Program-made: the position numbers and the translations under genes
Source of the DNA: Octopus vulgaris
Lineage: Eukaryota
Direction: 5' to 3'
Length of the DNA: 64,000 nucleotides
NCBI GenBank assembly: GCA_951406725.2
Contig: OX597818.1
Coordinates: 10,602,001 to 10,666,000 of the forward strand
In this document: positions 52,593-64,000 of the stretch, in pieces
Layout of the letters: each line of letters begins with the position of its first letter
How positions within the stretch are numbered: the first letter of the stretch is position 1
Notes under the pieces: model-generated
The model's database searches: none
Seen by the model: the letters and a program-made list of their open reading frames with translations, nothing else
What the model was told of the DNA's origin: nothing

Positions 52593-52743
52593 TCTGATTC
52601 TTTCAATTGTAAAACCAAACATATTTTCATGTGTATGTATATGTATATGTGTGTGTGTGTATGTATATATAAATATATATATATATGTGTGTGTGTATAC
52701 ACACACACATATGTTTATATCACTAGATAGATAGCTAGCTAGC

Positions 52744-52791
<48 letters not shown>

Positions 52792-53181
52792 CAGATAGAC
52801 AGACAGATAGATAGATATAGTACCTAACAATCTCAACTTTTCAACTTGTGTTGTTACAACAAAAGTTATGTGTACATATACATATATATCTGTCTATATA
52901 TGTGTATGTGTGAGTATGTATATATGTGTGTACATGTATGTATGTAAATTTTACATGTTGAAATGAAAACTTAAACAGTAAAGGAATCTTTAGTAGACAT
53001 CAAGAAATTTGATAAAATTTAAATTCAAATTATTGTATGTATCTGTGCATGCCTCTTTTCCTAATATATCCCATGATGGTAAAATTATACTTTTAAAGCT
53101 ATCTGACATATGAGTAATACTCTTGTGCATGTATACATATATATATATATATATATGAGTGTGTGTGTATATATATATATA

Positions 53182-53251
<70 letters not shown>

Positions 53252-53699
53252 TACTAGCAGAGAAAAAGAGTTGGTAACCTCACCCTTTTGAACATGCTAA
53301 GTATATGACCTCTTGCCGTGTTTGTTTATGTCTCAGTGCTCAAAGACAAGACCTACTGGATATAGATAAACAAGGCTGTATAGGAGGAGGTATGTAGTTG
53401 CAACCACATCTAATGGCTAAAGTTCAGATATAAAAAGCATAAGTTTTCTCACAAAATAACACGACTGACAAACGACTGAGAGAAGGTGACTCCCTTAAAT
53501 AAATGACAGTTACAGCTTCCAGATTGATCTGGTTTGTTGGCTCGTTGACACGTTCTCTTTAATAGCATCAACATTTGGTATTTTGTGACTTAATAAAGCC
53601 ACTTCACTGGCAGTTGTGATAGTCTGGCATCTATTTTTGTTGTACTGCTGGATGTGTGTGAGTAAGTGTATATATATATGTGTGAGTTATATATATATA

Positions 53700-54110
53700 G
53701 GCATAGGAGTGGCTGTGTGGTATGTAGCTTGCTTACCAACCACATGGTGCTCAGTTCAGTCCCACTGCATGGCATCTTGGGCAAGTGTCTCCTACTATAG
53801 CCTCAGGCCAACCAAAGCCTTGTGAGTGGATTTGGTAGACGGAAACTGAAAGAAGCCTGCCGTTTATATGTATATATATGTGTATATATATGTATGTATG
53901 TGTATGTGTTTGTGTGTCTGTGTTTGTCTCCCCAACATTGCTTGACAACCAATGCTGGTGTGCTTACGTCCCCGTAACTTAGCGGTTCAGCAAAAGAGAC
54001 CGATAGAATAAGTACTAGGCTTACAAAGAATAAGTCCTGGGGTCGATTTGCTTGACTAAAGGTGGTGCTCCAGCATGGCCACAGTCACGTGACTGAAACA
54101 AGTAAAAGAG
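53700..54110 (+). mobile_element. SINE family A, full length, CpG-decayed
   Basis: GGCATAGGAGTGGCTGTGTGGT ... AACAAGTAAAAGAG. Confidence 0.88.
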
Positions 54111-54129
54111 TATGTATATATATATAATG

Positions 54130-54400
54130 TGAGAGCACATGGCTTAGTGGTTAGAGTATTGCACTTGCGATTTAGTGATCATGAGTTCAATTCCCAGACC
54201 AGGTGATATGTTGTATTCTTTCACATTGCACTGTAATCACTTCAATACCTGACGCATGGCACACTGTGCTCCTGTTCAGACAGCGTCGATTTAATGAAGA
54301 GAGTGAGCTAATGTGTAGCAAATTATTTGTGCAGATTGTTTGGCAGAAACTGAACACTCATATGTCCTCATCAACTGGAGAGTCTATCATATATGTAATA
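54130..54400 (+). mobile_element. tRNA-headed SINE (family C-like), degenerate
   Basis: TGGCTTAGTGGTTAGAG (A box) ... GAGTTCAATTCC (B box). Confidence 0.6.
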
Positions 54401-55988
54401 TTCATTAACAAGAATTGTAATGACAGTAACTTCGAAGTTTTGGCCAGCTAACTCATCATTGAATAGTTTGAAGTCACAATCAATACTGTTCGTGTTAAAG
54501 AGTAATTAAATTGTACTCTGTGTAAGGAGTAATCCTTCAAATTAATGTAAAATTGTTTTCGTTATAACTGAACGTAAAAGTAAACATTAATACATAAACA
54601 CACACACACACACACATATTTAAGGCAGCAAACTCATAGAATCATTAGCATGTGTAGGCACAATACTTAACAGCAATTTCGTCCATTTTCGCATTCTGAG
54701 TTGAAATGCCAGTCATTGAGATCGACAAGGCCTTTCATTCTTTCCAGGTTGATAAATTAAGTAACAGTAAAACATGGGGATTGATGTTATGAACTATTCC
54801 CCTCCTTCAAAATTTCAGATGTTGTACCTTTAGGAGAAAGGATTAATAGTATGTGTGTCTATGGAATACTCAGCCATTTCGACTTTAAATCAAGTCAGTC
54901 ACGTGATTGAACAACTGCACTCTTGTCATGTGAATCATCTGAGTTCCATATGATCATCATCATGATTTAGCATCTGTTTTCCATGTCGGCATGGGTAGTA
55001 CTGCCCCTCCGGGGTTGTAGAAAGATTCAGTGGGTAGAAAAATGGGATGATAATGGGATGGTCAAAAGGGAACGATGGATGTAAAATCAAGCAAAATAAT
55101 GGGTTAATTGGGTTAAGTTTTGTGAAGTACTGTTGTTCTGAATTTGCTTCAGCAAGTGGTCTATGTTTGTGGTGATGAGGAATGGGGTGCTAGGAATGTG
55201 GCCTGGATATCAAGAGAGCGGTAGCCCAAAAAAGTTTGAGAACCACTGAGTTTGACAGGAACTGGTAAGCCAGAGAACTGCATCATGCCCCAGACTGTTT
55301 TGGCTTGATTTCTATGGCTTCATGCTAAATATGAAAGACAGAAAATTTATTATAGAAAGCATGGTACAATCACATATCAAGAAGACATGACTTATTAAAG
55401 TCATTGTAATGGTCTCGGTCATTCATTAACGATTGTACTATTCATTGTTTAACAAGTTGTGTATACTGTGTTTCAAGTTGTTTCATTGAGCACTTTGTTT
55501 TCAGCAAAATAGATGATATATGTTGAGCTAAATATAGGGTAAAATTGGTTGAGTTGTTAAAGCATAGGACAAAATGCCATGCAGTATTTGTTATAACTTT
55601 CTTTGCTTTGAGTTCAAATCTTACAGCAATCAACTTAATTTTTTTCTACTTTCTGGGTTTATAAAATAAAGTACCAGTTGTGGGAATGTAAAACTGTCAG
55701 ATGAGGTACTTTGCAGTATTTGTCCTGGCTCTTTGTGTTCAGTTTTCTGATGTGGTAGACTTTAGCTATCATTTGGCTTGACACCAATACACACACATTT
55801 ATCATATTGTATTACATGATGTATGTGAACATGTATGTATATATATATATATATATATATTAGGTATAGGATTCCACTCTGTAGTCACCTACTGGCAACT
55901 TTTTTCCATTTTCTAAGGGTATTTACCCAATTTTCTAGTTTATTTTCACAGCTATCTCACATTTGAAATTTACTTTATTTCCTGTAAG

Positions 55989-56037
<49 letters not shown>

Positions 56038-56044
56038 CATATAT

Positions 56045-56450
56045 TCATTTATTCTTTTACTTGTTTCAGTCATTTGACTGTGGCCATGCTGAAGCACCAC
56101 CTTTAGTTGAACAAATCGACCCCAGGAATCTTTCTTTGTTAGCCTAGTACTTATTCTGTCGGCCTCTTTTGCCAAACCGCTATGTTACGGGGACATAAAC
56201 ACACCAGCATCAGTTGTCAAGCGATGTTGGGAGGACAAACACACACACACAAACATACACATATATATATACATATATATATATATACAACAGGCTTCTT
56301 TCAGTTTCCGTCTACCAAATCCACTGACAAGGCTTTGGTCAGCCCGAGGCTATAGTAGAAGACACTTGCCCAAGGTGCCATGCAGTGGGACTGAACCCGG
56401 AACCATGTGGTTGGTAAGCAAGCTACTTACCACACAGCCACTCCTGCGCC
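56045..56450 (-). mobile_element. SINE family A, full length, CpG-decayed
   Basis: Ends CACACAGCCACTCCTGCGCC, the reverse complement of the head. Confidence 0.9.
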
Positions 56451-57852
56451 TATTTGCATAAGGAGGCATTATCTCATGTTTTTGTGTCGCTAAATTATGT
56501 ATATACATATATATGTACAATACAAATAATATATATATATATGCATATATACATACATATATGTACATACTTACATCTATATGTATATATATATATATAT
56601 ATACATATGTGGGCACAGGCCATCATAAAACGTGTACAACAAAAAAGTATGAAGCAAGAGTACATGGAACATGAGCTATTCTTTCGAACAATGAAAGTCA
56701 CAAATGGAAAACAAAACAAACAACATAAAGAACAACCCTTCATCAGTTGTTGGCTGTTTTTCTAGTCTTATATTTCGATACTATTTAACAACAATCTATG
56801 CTTTCTGCAAAGCAAATTAAATAAAATTTGGGATTTTGTGGAGGATCAAAATAGGTAACACAAACAGTGAAAACAAACAAGAAGTGCTGCTAAGCCTAAA
56901 CGAGGTTGTGGTGGTGAACGTGTAAATCAAGCTAGGACAGGAGACAAACAAGAACACGTATATTTCTGTGTGTGTACACACATCTCTGTACACATATGAG
57001 AGGGTAGTACATCCATCTTTCTATATATGTGTAAATGTATAGTACACTGATGCATACACAAGGACAGATAGACACCCTCACACACACACGCACACACACA
57101 CACACACATACACACACACAGTGTTCATCATCATCCTGATCAATATTATACTTGAAACCTTAATGAGTTTGAGGTGTATATTTTTTTTCTACCATCATAA
57201 ATATTGACAACCAATTTGCCATTTTTTTTTCTTCAAAATGTCACATCTCTTTGATAATTGCCAACTATTATCAATTGTACTATCTTTTTCATTGTGTCCC
57301 CACTCCAACCATCCACATTTCCTACCGCTACTTATTATTTTCTCTTTGCTATATTATTGACAGCTCACCACTTCTGCCAACTCTTCTTCCACCTCTGCAA
57401 AAAAAAAAAAATAAAAGATAAACAAGAAATGAAAAGACAAGCATTCACTTCTTCAATTCTTTAAAAGTTTCTTCGTCTAATTAGTGTGTAAAATTGCCTC
57501 ATCTCAGCAGCATCCAGTCATTGAGTTCCATCCTGAGGTATCACTAGCAATTAATCTACAGTTGAATGTCACAAATGCAAATAACATTGTAGTAATTTAA
57601 TTATACCCCACCCACTTCATATTTGCCTTCTTTTTTTCTGCAGAATTTAAAATGTATATTGGTCACTGCTCTGGTGGTTATGACACTTTCCATAACAGCC
57701 ATTGTTCAGCTCTAGTTTTAAGATGCTACTCCTCTCACACACTCATAGATGACCACATATACACACAACATACACATGCACATATTTACTGTGATATATA
57801 TACACATACATACATACATATATATATATATATAAAAATATATATATATATA

Positions 57853-58095
57853 GGGTGGAGGCACGTAGCTTAGTGGTTAGGGTGTCAGCACCATGATCGT
57901 AAGATTGTGGTTTCGATTCCTGGACTGGGCGACGCATTGTAGTCTTGAGAAAAACACTTCATTTCACGTTGCTCCAGTTCACTCAGCTGGCAGAAATGAG
58001 TAGCGCTGCAATGGACTGGCATCCTGTCCTGCTGGGGAACACATACGCCATAAAAACCAGGCCCACGAGCCTGGCTAGACTTTAAAAGAGCACAT
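57853..58095 (+). mobile_element. tRNA/CORE-like SINE, family C
   Basis: TAGCTTAGTGGTTAGG, GTTTCGATTCC, GTCTTGAGAAAAACACTTCATTTCACGTTGCTCCAG. Confidence 0.75.
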
Positions 58096-58207
58096 TTATT
58101 TATATATACATATATACATACATACATACATACATATATATATATGCACATACATAGATATATATACACACACGCACACACTGATATATAGGCATACACA
58201 CACACAT

Positions 58208-58246
<39 letters not shown>

Positions 58247-58248
<2 letters not shown>

Positions 58249-58939
58249 AGGTGTTCCTTGCAAGATGTATACACATTTTAACAACTAATAAATTACACAC
58301 TTAATTTTCATTTCTTTTTAGATTTAATCCATTAAAAATAATGAAGGGAGCCATATTAAACTTTGAACAAAAGAAATTTTTCCTAACATACAACAGGAAG
58401 GAAGTCTGAAAATGCAGTTTAAGTGCAAAGACAGTTTAGGAGGGAGTTTCAGACAGATCCACTTATGCAACTTTGCATCATTGAAATTAGAGATAAATTC
58501 AGAATATTCCCAAGAAATGTCCCAGAACACTGTGGATATCGATGAGCCCTTCAAAGTAAGAAAGAGTTCTAAAAACATATTACCAGAGTGCACGAAAATG
58601 TGTGAGAAAATGCAATTCAAAATGAAGAGCTGTCATTGGAAAAGTTACATTCCAATAATAATCCTTGCTCTCAATGAAGATGATCTGGACCAGAGGATGG
58701 TGTTTTATGAGTGGTTCTTAGCAAGATGTGTGGGAGATACTCACTTTCCAAGGAAGATTATTTGAAGTGATGAAGCTACAATTAAATTAAATGGCTCAAT
58801 TAACCACCACAATTGCACCTACAGGAGACCAGAGTATCTGCATATTACGTGAGATCATCGTGTTAATTTACCTAGTGTTATAGTATGGTGCTGATTACTA
58901 TCAAAAGGATTAATTGGACCATTCACTTTTTTTTAATGG

Positions 58940-58980
<41 letters not shown>

Positions 58981-59474
58981 CATATATACATGCATATATG
59001 TACATACTTACAGCTATACGTATATATATACTGGTCCCATTCATTTGAATTTGCTGCAATAATCTGACATGCTAAGCATTGAAGAGGAGTTTGCTAATGT
59101 GAAGATTTATTTCCAGCAAAGTGGGACACCCACACACTATCCTGGTAATGTAAGAGCTGCATTGCATGAGATTTTGCCAAACTGGAGGATTTGACAAGGA
59201 GGTTCAGTAGAATACGCCTGTGTTCACTGGACCTCACAGCACCAGACTTCTTTATGGGGGAATAGACTTCTTTATGTTGTTGTTGTTAAAAAATAAAGAT
59301 TACAATACAAAAGTAATAACAGTGGATGAATTGAGGGTAGTGCTTGAGTGTGAATGTGCTCAAATACCAATTTTCTAGGCTCTATTACATTTAAAAAATG
59401 AAATCTATTTTAATAAGCATTGACTTAATAATCTATTAATTTTTCTGTGTATACATTTTTGGGGGAATACCCTG
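58247..59474 (+). mobile_element. Decayed Tc1/mariner transposon, DD41D (rosa/Visitor-like)
   Basis: Imperfect TIRs CCAGGTGTTCC..ATGTATACACA / TGTGTATACAT..GGAATACCCTG flanked by TA. Remnants: LALNEDDLDQRMVFYEWF..RKII*SDEATIKLNGSINHHNC..VIVWC..GLIGPF; FQQSGTPTHY..RI*QGGSVE..DLTAPDFF. A (TA)n tract interrupts at about 58945-59030. Confidence 0.82.
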
Positions 59475-59835
59475 TATGTATATGTATACATATGTGTATA
59501 TGTGTGTGTGTATAATATGTATATATATATGTGTATGTGTATATACATATATATATAAACATATATACATCCATATATATACATATAAGTAAATATATAC
59601 ATATAAGTATATATATACATATATATACATATAAGTAAATATACATGTATATATATATGTATGTATAAGTAAATATACATGTATATATATGTACGTATAT
59701 ATACATACATATATATATATGTATGTATGTATGTATGTATGCATGTATATATACATGTATCTATATATGCATATGTATACATCTATATATGTATGTATAT
59801 ATGCATATATATATGTGTATGTATATATGAGCATA

Positions 59836-59874
<39 letters not shown>

Positions 59875-59898
59875 GCACATGTTTATGTATGTATGTAT

Positions 59899-59929
<31 letters not shown>

Positions 59930-60032
59930 CAGGGTGTAGACAGTATTTGAGGACACATACATTTTTAGTCTTTCTTTTATTCGACTAATTTTTACTTGAA
60001 CTTTTATTTCAGAAAATAACAATGACAGACCC

Positions 60033-61339
60033 TATGCTTACTAATGAAATGAAAACGCATGCTGTAATTGTGGCTTAGAAGGTTAAGCATGGTCATTTAG
60101 AAATCTCTCATATTCTGAAAGTTACAAGATCTTTTGCCCATAAGATTTGGTGTGTGTTAGAGAAAGAAGATGGAAGCATATTACTTGTAAAATCATCATC
60201 ATCATTTAGCGTCCGCTTTTCATGCTAGCATGGGTTGGACGTTTCAACTGGGGTCTGGGAAGCCAGAAGGCTGCTCCAGGCCCAGTCTGATCTGGCAATG
60301 TTTCTACGGCTGGATGCCCTTCCTAACGCCAACCACTCAGTGAGTGTAGTGGGTGCTTTTTATGTGCCGCCAGCACAGGTGCCAGACGGGGCTGGCAAAC
60401 GGCCACAGTCGGATGGTGCTTTTTACGTGCCACCGGCACGGGGGCCAGGCAAGGCTGGCAACAGCCACGATCGGATGGTGCTTCCAAATGTTCTGATTCT
60501 ATCAGGACACCAGAATATATTCAGGAAGTTAAGCAAAACATTGAAGATAATCTAGGAAAATCAATGAGGTCAATTGCAAAGAAATTTCATGTGTCAGAAA
60601 AAAACAATCAGAAATGTTTTGCAAATCTTATGTGATTAGGAGAGAGGTCAATTCATGTCAGAAAAAAAAAAAAAAAGAAGAAAACCGTTTAATCAGATCC
60701 AAAAGATTCTTGAACAAACTTACAAAATCCATCAGAAGATGGTGTGATTTGGTTTTTCTCAGATGAGAAAAACTTTGACCAGGACCTGAAAACTAACAGA
60801 AGTAATGACAGATGGAAATGTGCAGACCGTTCTGAGGTTCCAAGTGTAATACACTCAAAATTTCCTGCAAGTGTCATGGTTTTGGATGTTGTTAGCAACG
60901 AAAAACATGTGATGCCTTCTCACTTTTTCCCACAAGGCCTTAGGGTGAATACTGCTGCATATATTGAGATTCTGGTTAAAGTTGTTAAGCCTTGGATCAA
61001 CAGTGTATGCTATGGAAGGCCTTATGTCTTTCAACACGTTTCTGCACCATCACACAAAACTCAAATGACACAAGAATGGATTGCTGACAACTTGCATGGT
61101 CACATCACCCCCAACATTTGGCCTCCCAATTCTCCAGATCTCAATCCACTGGACTACTAAGTGTGGAGCATCATTGAGAAAAATGTCAACGATCACCCTT
61201 ATAGCAGCAAAGATTCTTTGAAAGCTATCATAGTTCAAGTCATGTCAGTATGAACAAGGACCACTTAATCCAAACTTGTAAACGATTTTGACCCCATGTA
61301 GAGGCAGTTATTGATGGTTATGGTGATTTTATTGAATGA
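60033..61339 (+). pseudogene. maT/DD37D transposase pseudogene
   Basis: ORF 60744-61160: FFSDEKNF..NDRW..KFPASVMV..YVFQHVSAPSH..WPPNSPDLNPLDY. The second catalytic D position (here V) and the third D are separated by 37 residues; stop after LDY and frameshifts upstream. Outer boundaries approximate. Confidence 0.85.
60192..60485 (-). mobile_element. (GAT)n-tailed retroposon (family E, RTE-like 3' end) nested in the maT element
   Basis: ATCATCATCATTTAGCGTCCG..GGCTGGATGCCCTTCCTAACGCCAACC; same family at 61493-61672 and, split by a hAT fragment, at about 54955-55320. Confidence 0.75.
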
Positions 61340-61492
61340 AATTATTAAATTGATAATTTAGCTTTATGTGTATGTTATCTTTTTTTTATAAAAATACAGT
61401 TTTTATCTGTTATATAAACATTTTTTAAAAACCATAAATCTGTCATCAAATACCACCCACACCCTGTATATCTATATATCTATATATATATA

Positions 61493-61672
61493 TCATCATC
61501 ATCATCATCATCATCGTTTAACGTCCGTTTTCCATGCTGGCATGGGTTGGACGGTTTGACTAGGGTCTGGGAAGCCAGAAGGCTGCACTAGGCTCCAGTC
61601 TGATCTGGCAGTATTTCTACAGCTGGAAGCCCTTCCTAATGCCAACCACTCCAAGTGTGTAGTGGGTGCTTT
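61493..61672 (-). mobile_element. Family E retroposon, 3' part
   Basis: (TCA)n then GTTTAACGTCCGTTTTCCATGCTGGCATGGGTTGGACGG..CCCTTCCTAATGCCAACC. Confidence 0.75.
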
Positions 61673-63639
61673 TTTACATATATATATATGTATGTATGTA
61701 TATGTATGTGTGTGTGTGTGTGTGTGTATGTATGTGTATGTATGTATGTATATATGTATGTATGTATGTATGTTTGTAAATGTGTGTGTGTGTGTGTGTG
61801 TGCTTATGTATGTATCTACCTATATATATATATATAAATAGATATGCATTACATATGTATATTTGTATTTATACATGCACTCAAGTTCCAACAAGCTAAT
61901 AAAAGTGTTCTCAGTATCTAAAGTCATGTTATTTATCTTGTTAAAATTTGAAATATCTTTACTTTGAGTTAGGTATTGTAAGCATGTGCTATATTAGAAC
62001 ACAATCGTAGAGGCATTATACTTCAAATATAACACACATCTCCTACAATCATAACATAAGCTTAGAAATATTTTATAGTTATCCAACTTTAAGTTTAAAT
62101 GTATGAACACATGCTGTCAAAGAATTCTTAAATTTAATTGCTTTCTATTCTATGTCAAATCATAGATTACATGACAATTTTAACAGAAATTCAATTAACA
62201 TAAGCTATTCTTGTTGCAAACATTTTGCAAGCCCAGTTAACCATTTAAGTTCCAAAAATATCTCCAAGTACAATAGTCTCTTCTATTTGTATCTGCATTT
62301 CCCCAAACATTTGCCATCTTAATAAGCAATTTACATTTGAAAGTTCTAATTTTTGTAATAAAGATCGACAAGACAACAATTTACCCAGAATTTACATTAG
62401 ATTAGTTGAAAGTTTAGCTTTTATTAACCTATTGAGGTAATTAGTAAACCATATAAGAAATTTTCACAAGCTGTTCCAAGCACATGTGGATTTTAAAGAA
62501 AACAATTTTGGTGGCATTTAAAATCAAATAGCCTAATCTGTTTTTTCTCTGTACTTCCATGGCATTTAATATTTATATTTACGCTCAGAGCAAATACTCA
62601 GCCTGCATGCACCTAGAGATCAAACTGAATGACATAAAAGATCTACCATCCAAGAACTGGTACAGTCCATCAAGGGGGTTTTTGGTCGATTTCCTTCTAC
62701 TCAATGTCACAATGTTTGGATCATCATCATCTTCCATAAAAGCAATGCTCAACCAATATTGGAATCTAGGCCTTCTTCAAAAGGAATATATTTTAATCAG
62801 ATGACTGTGCATGTATTCATCTACCCAGAAGTAGGAAGTTTTACTAATTTTCCAATTGGCTGGACAGTAACTTTACCAACAGGCAGCCTACCTATTTTTG
62901 GTGGGAATTTTTATCAAAATTGTCAAATGCGTTTTTTTTTTTTGTTACAGTAAAGTTTGAACTCATGATCAAATGAGAATAAACAGTCTAGTGTGTACCC
63001 TAATTTAATCATAGTTCTCCTATTTTGTAATTTATCCCTGGTGCTTTATCTTCTGTAAATTTAAGTGAGTTAGTATGGGGAGTGTAACTAACCAAAACAC
63101 AAGTACAATATCAATTTAAAATTAGATGCAAGGAATTTTTGGTCACGGTGAAAATGACACTTGGGTTTCAATATTTGGGGATTTTTAACATTTCTTCCAG
63201 GGATAACAGGAAAAGCAGATTCAGTTTCAAATATAATTTTCATTACTTTTATGAGATTTTTGTTGTCTTAAACAACATTTGTTGTGTTTCTTTACACCTA
63301 ACAACTTCATACTTATAAAAGAATCTGTAGACAAGCTGTTACACTTATTGTATAGACTGTTTATATGTTTTTTTCCTCCAACAACATGTGGTATGTTAGA
63401 AATTTTGATTGTTTTTTCTCTAGTAAAGATTTTCCTTTGTTCATTATTATTTTTCTTTTTGGATTGTTTTGTGTGATATATGAGCAGGAAGTCAAGAAAC
63501 TAAATATTTTGTTCATTTTTGGAATGTGTTTAGTTTTGCTCTTTGCTTTTTGACATAAAACTGTTTCATTTGTTTGAAAAATAAATAGAAACTGAGGAGT
63601 GAAAACAGAACAAAAAAATACATACACACACATATATAC

Positions 63640-63691
<52 letters not shown>

Positions 63692-64000
63692 GTATATATA
63701 TATATATATATACACATACATGTATATATAGATGAGATAATGACAATGAATATGGTACAAGTCACAAAACCACAAGTTTATTATAGTTTCATAAAATAAG
63801 ATTATATTTATGTACATACATTTTTGTCAAGAGTCATATGGCCTCAGCTAAAACCAAAACTTGTTTATGAAATTACTTTACCAGAATTTTCCGCCCTGTT
63901 TTACATTGTTCATAGTTCATGAAAATAGCAATCCTTTATTGGCCACAAGGACCTGTATAAATAATATAAAACACGTCATACAAAAATGGTTTACAATACT

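Larger units (their letters stand above)
59930..61466 (+). mobile_element. Decayed Tc1/mariner transposon, DD37D (maT) family
   Basis: TA|CAGGGTGT..GTATTTGA.GACA and TGTC.TCAAATAC..ACACCCTG|TA TIRs; contains a transposase pseudogene and a nested retroposon. Confidence 0.88.

Noticed and set aside
56725-56790. Hammerhead on the minus strand (CTGATGAAG and CGAAA present)
   Set aside because: The boxes could not be joined by convincing stems.
60744-61160. Functional or domesticated transposase
   Set aside because: Second catalytic Asp lost, premature stop after LDY, frameshifts, and a retroposon insertion in the N-terminal region.

Overview
Repeat-dense, AT-rich, microsatellite-saturated animal genomic DNA. 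The SINE families and simple-repeat content are what I would expect of a coleoid cephalopod, most likely Octopus (inference, not tested). I found no intact protein-coding gene; almost all ORFs in the supplied track are microsatellite or SINE translations. The window holds about 17 copies of a tRNA-headed CORE-like SINE and at least four other retroposon families. It also holds two full-length decayed Tc1/mariner transposons side by side (DD41D-type at 58.2-59.5 kb, DD37D/maT-type at 59.9-61.5 kb), fragments of RTE, R4/Dong-like and Penelope-like retroelements, hAT and Helentron-type non-autonomous elements, and three long-TIR GG-terminal MITEs (two with exact 8-bp TSDs). The most notable signals are: (i) a well-formed type I hammerhead ribozyme with an unusually long stem II on the minus strand at 37.9 kb, with several decayed hammerhead cores elsewhere; (ii) a switch from CpG-retaining to CpG-decayed copies of the same SINEs at about 49-52 kb, just downstream of a YY1-type motif, suggesting an unseen methylated gene body; (iii) retroelements embedded in specific microsatellites; (iv) a 108-bp loopless palindrome inside a 12-bp target duplication. 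Boundaries of degenerate repeats are approximate (about +/-20 bp); TIR and TSD coordinates were read base by base.
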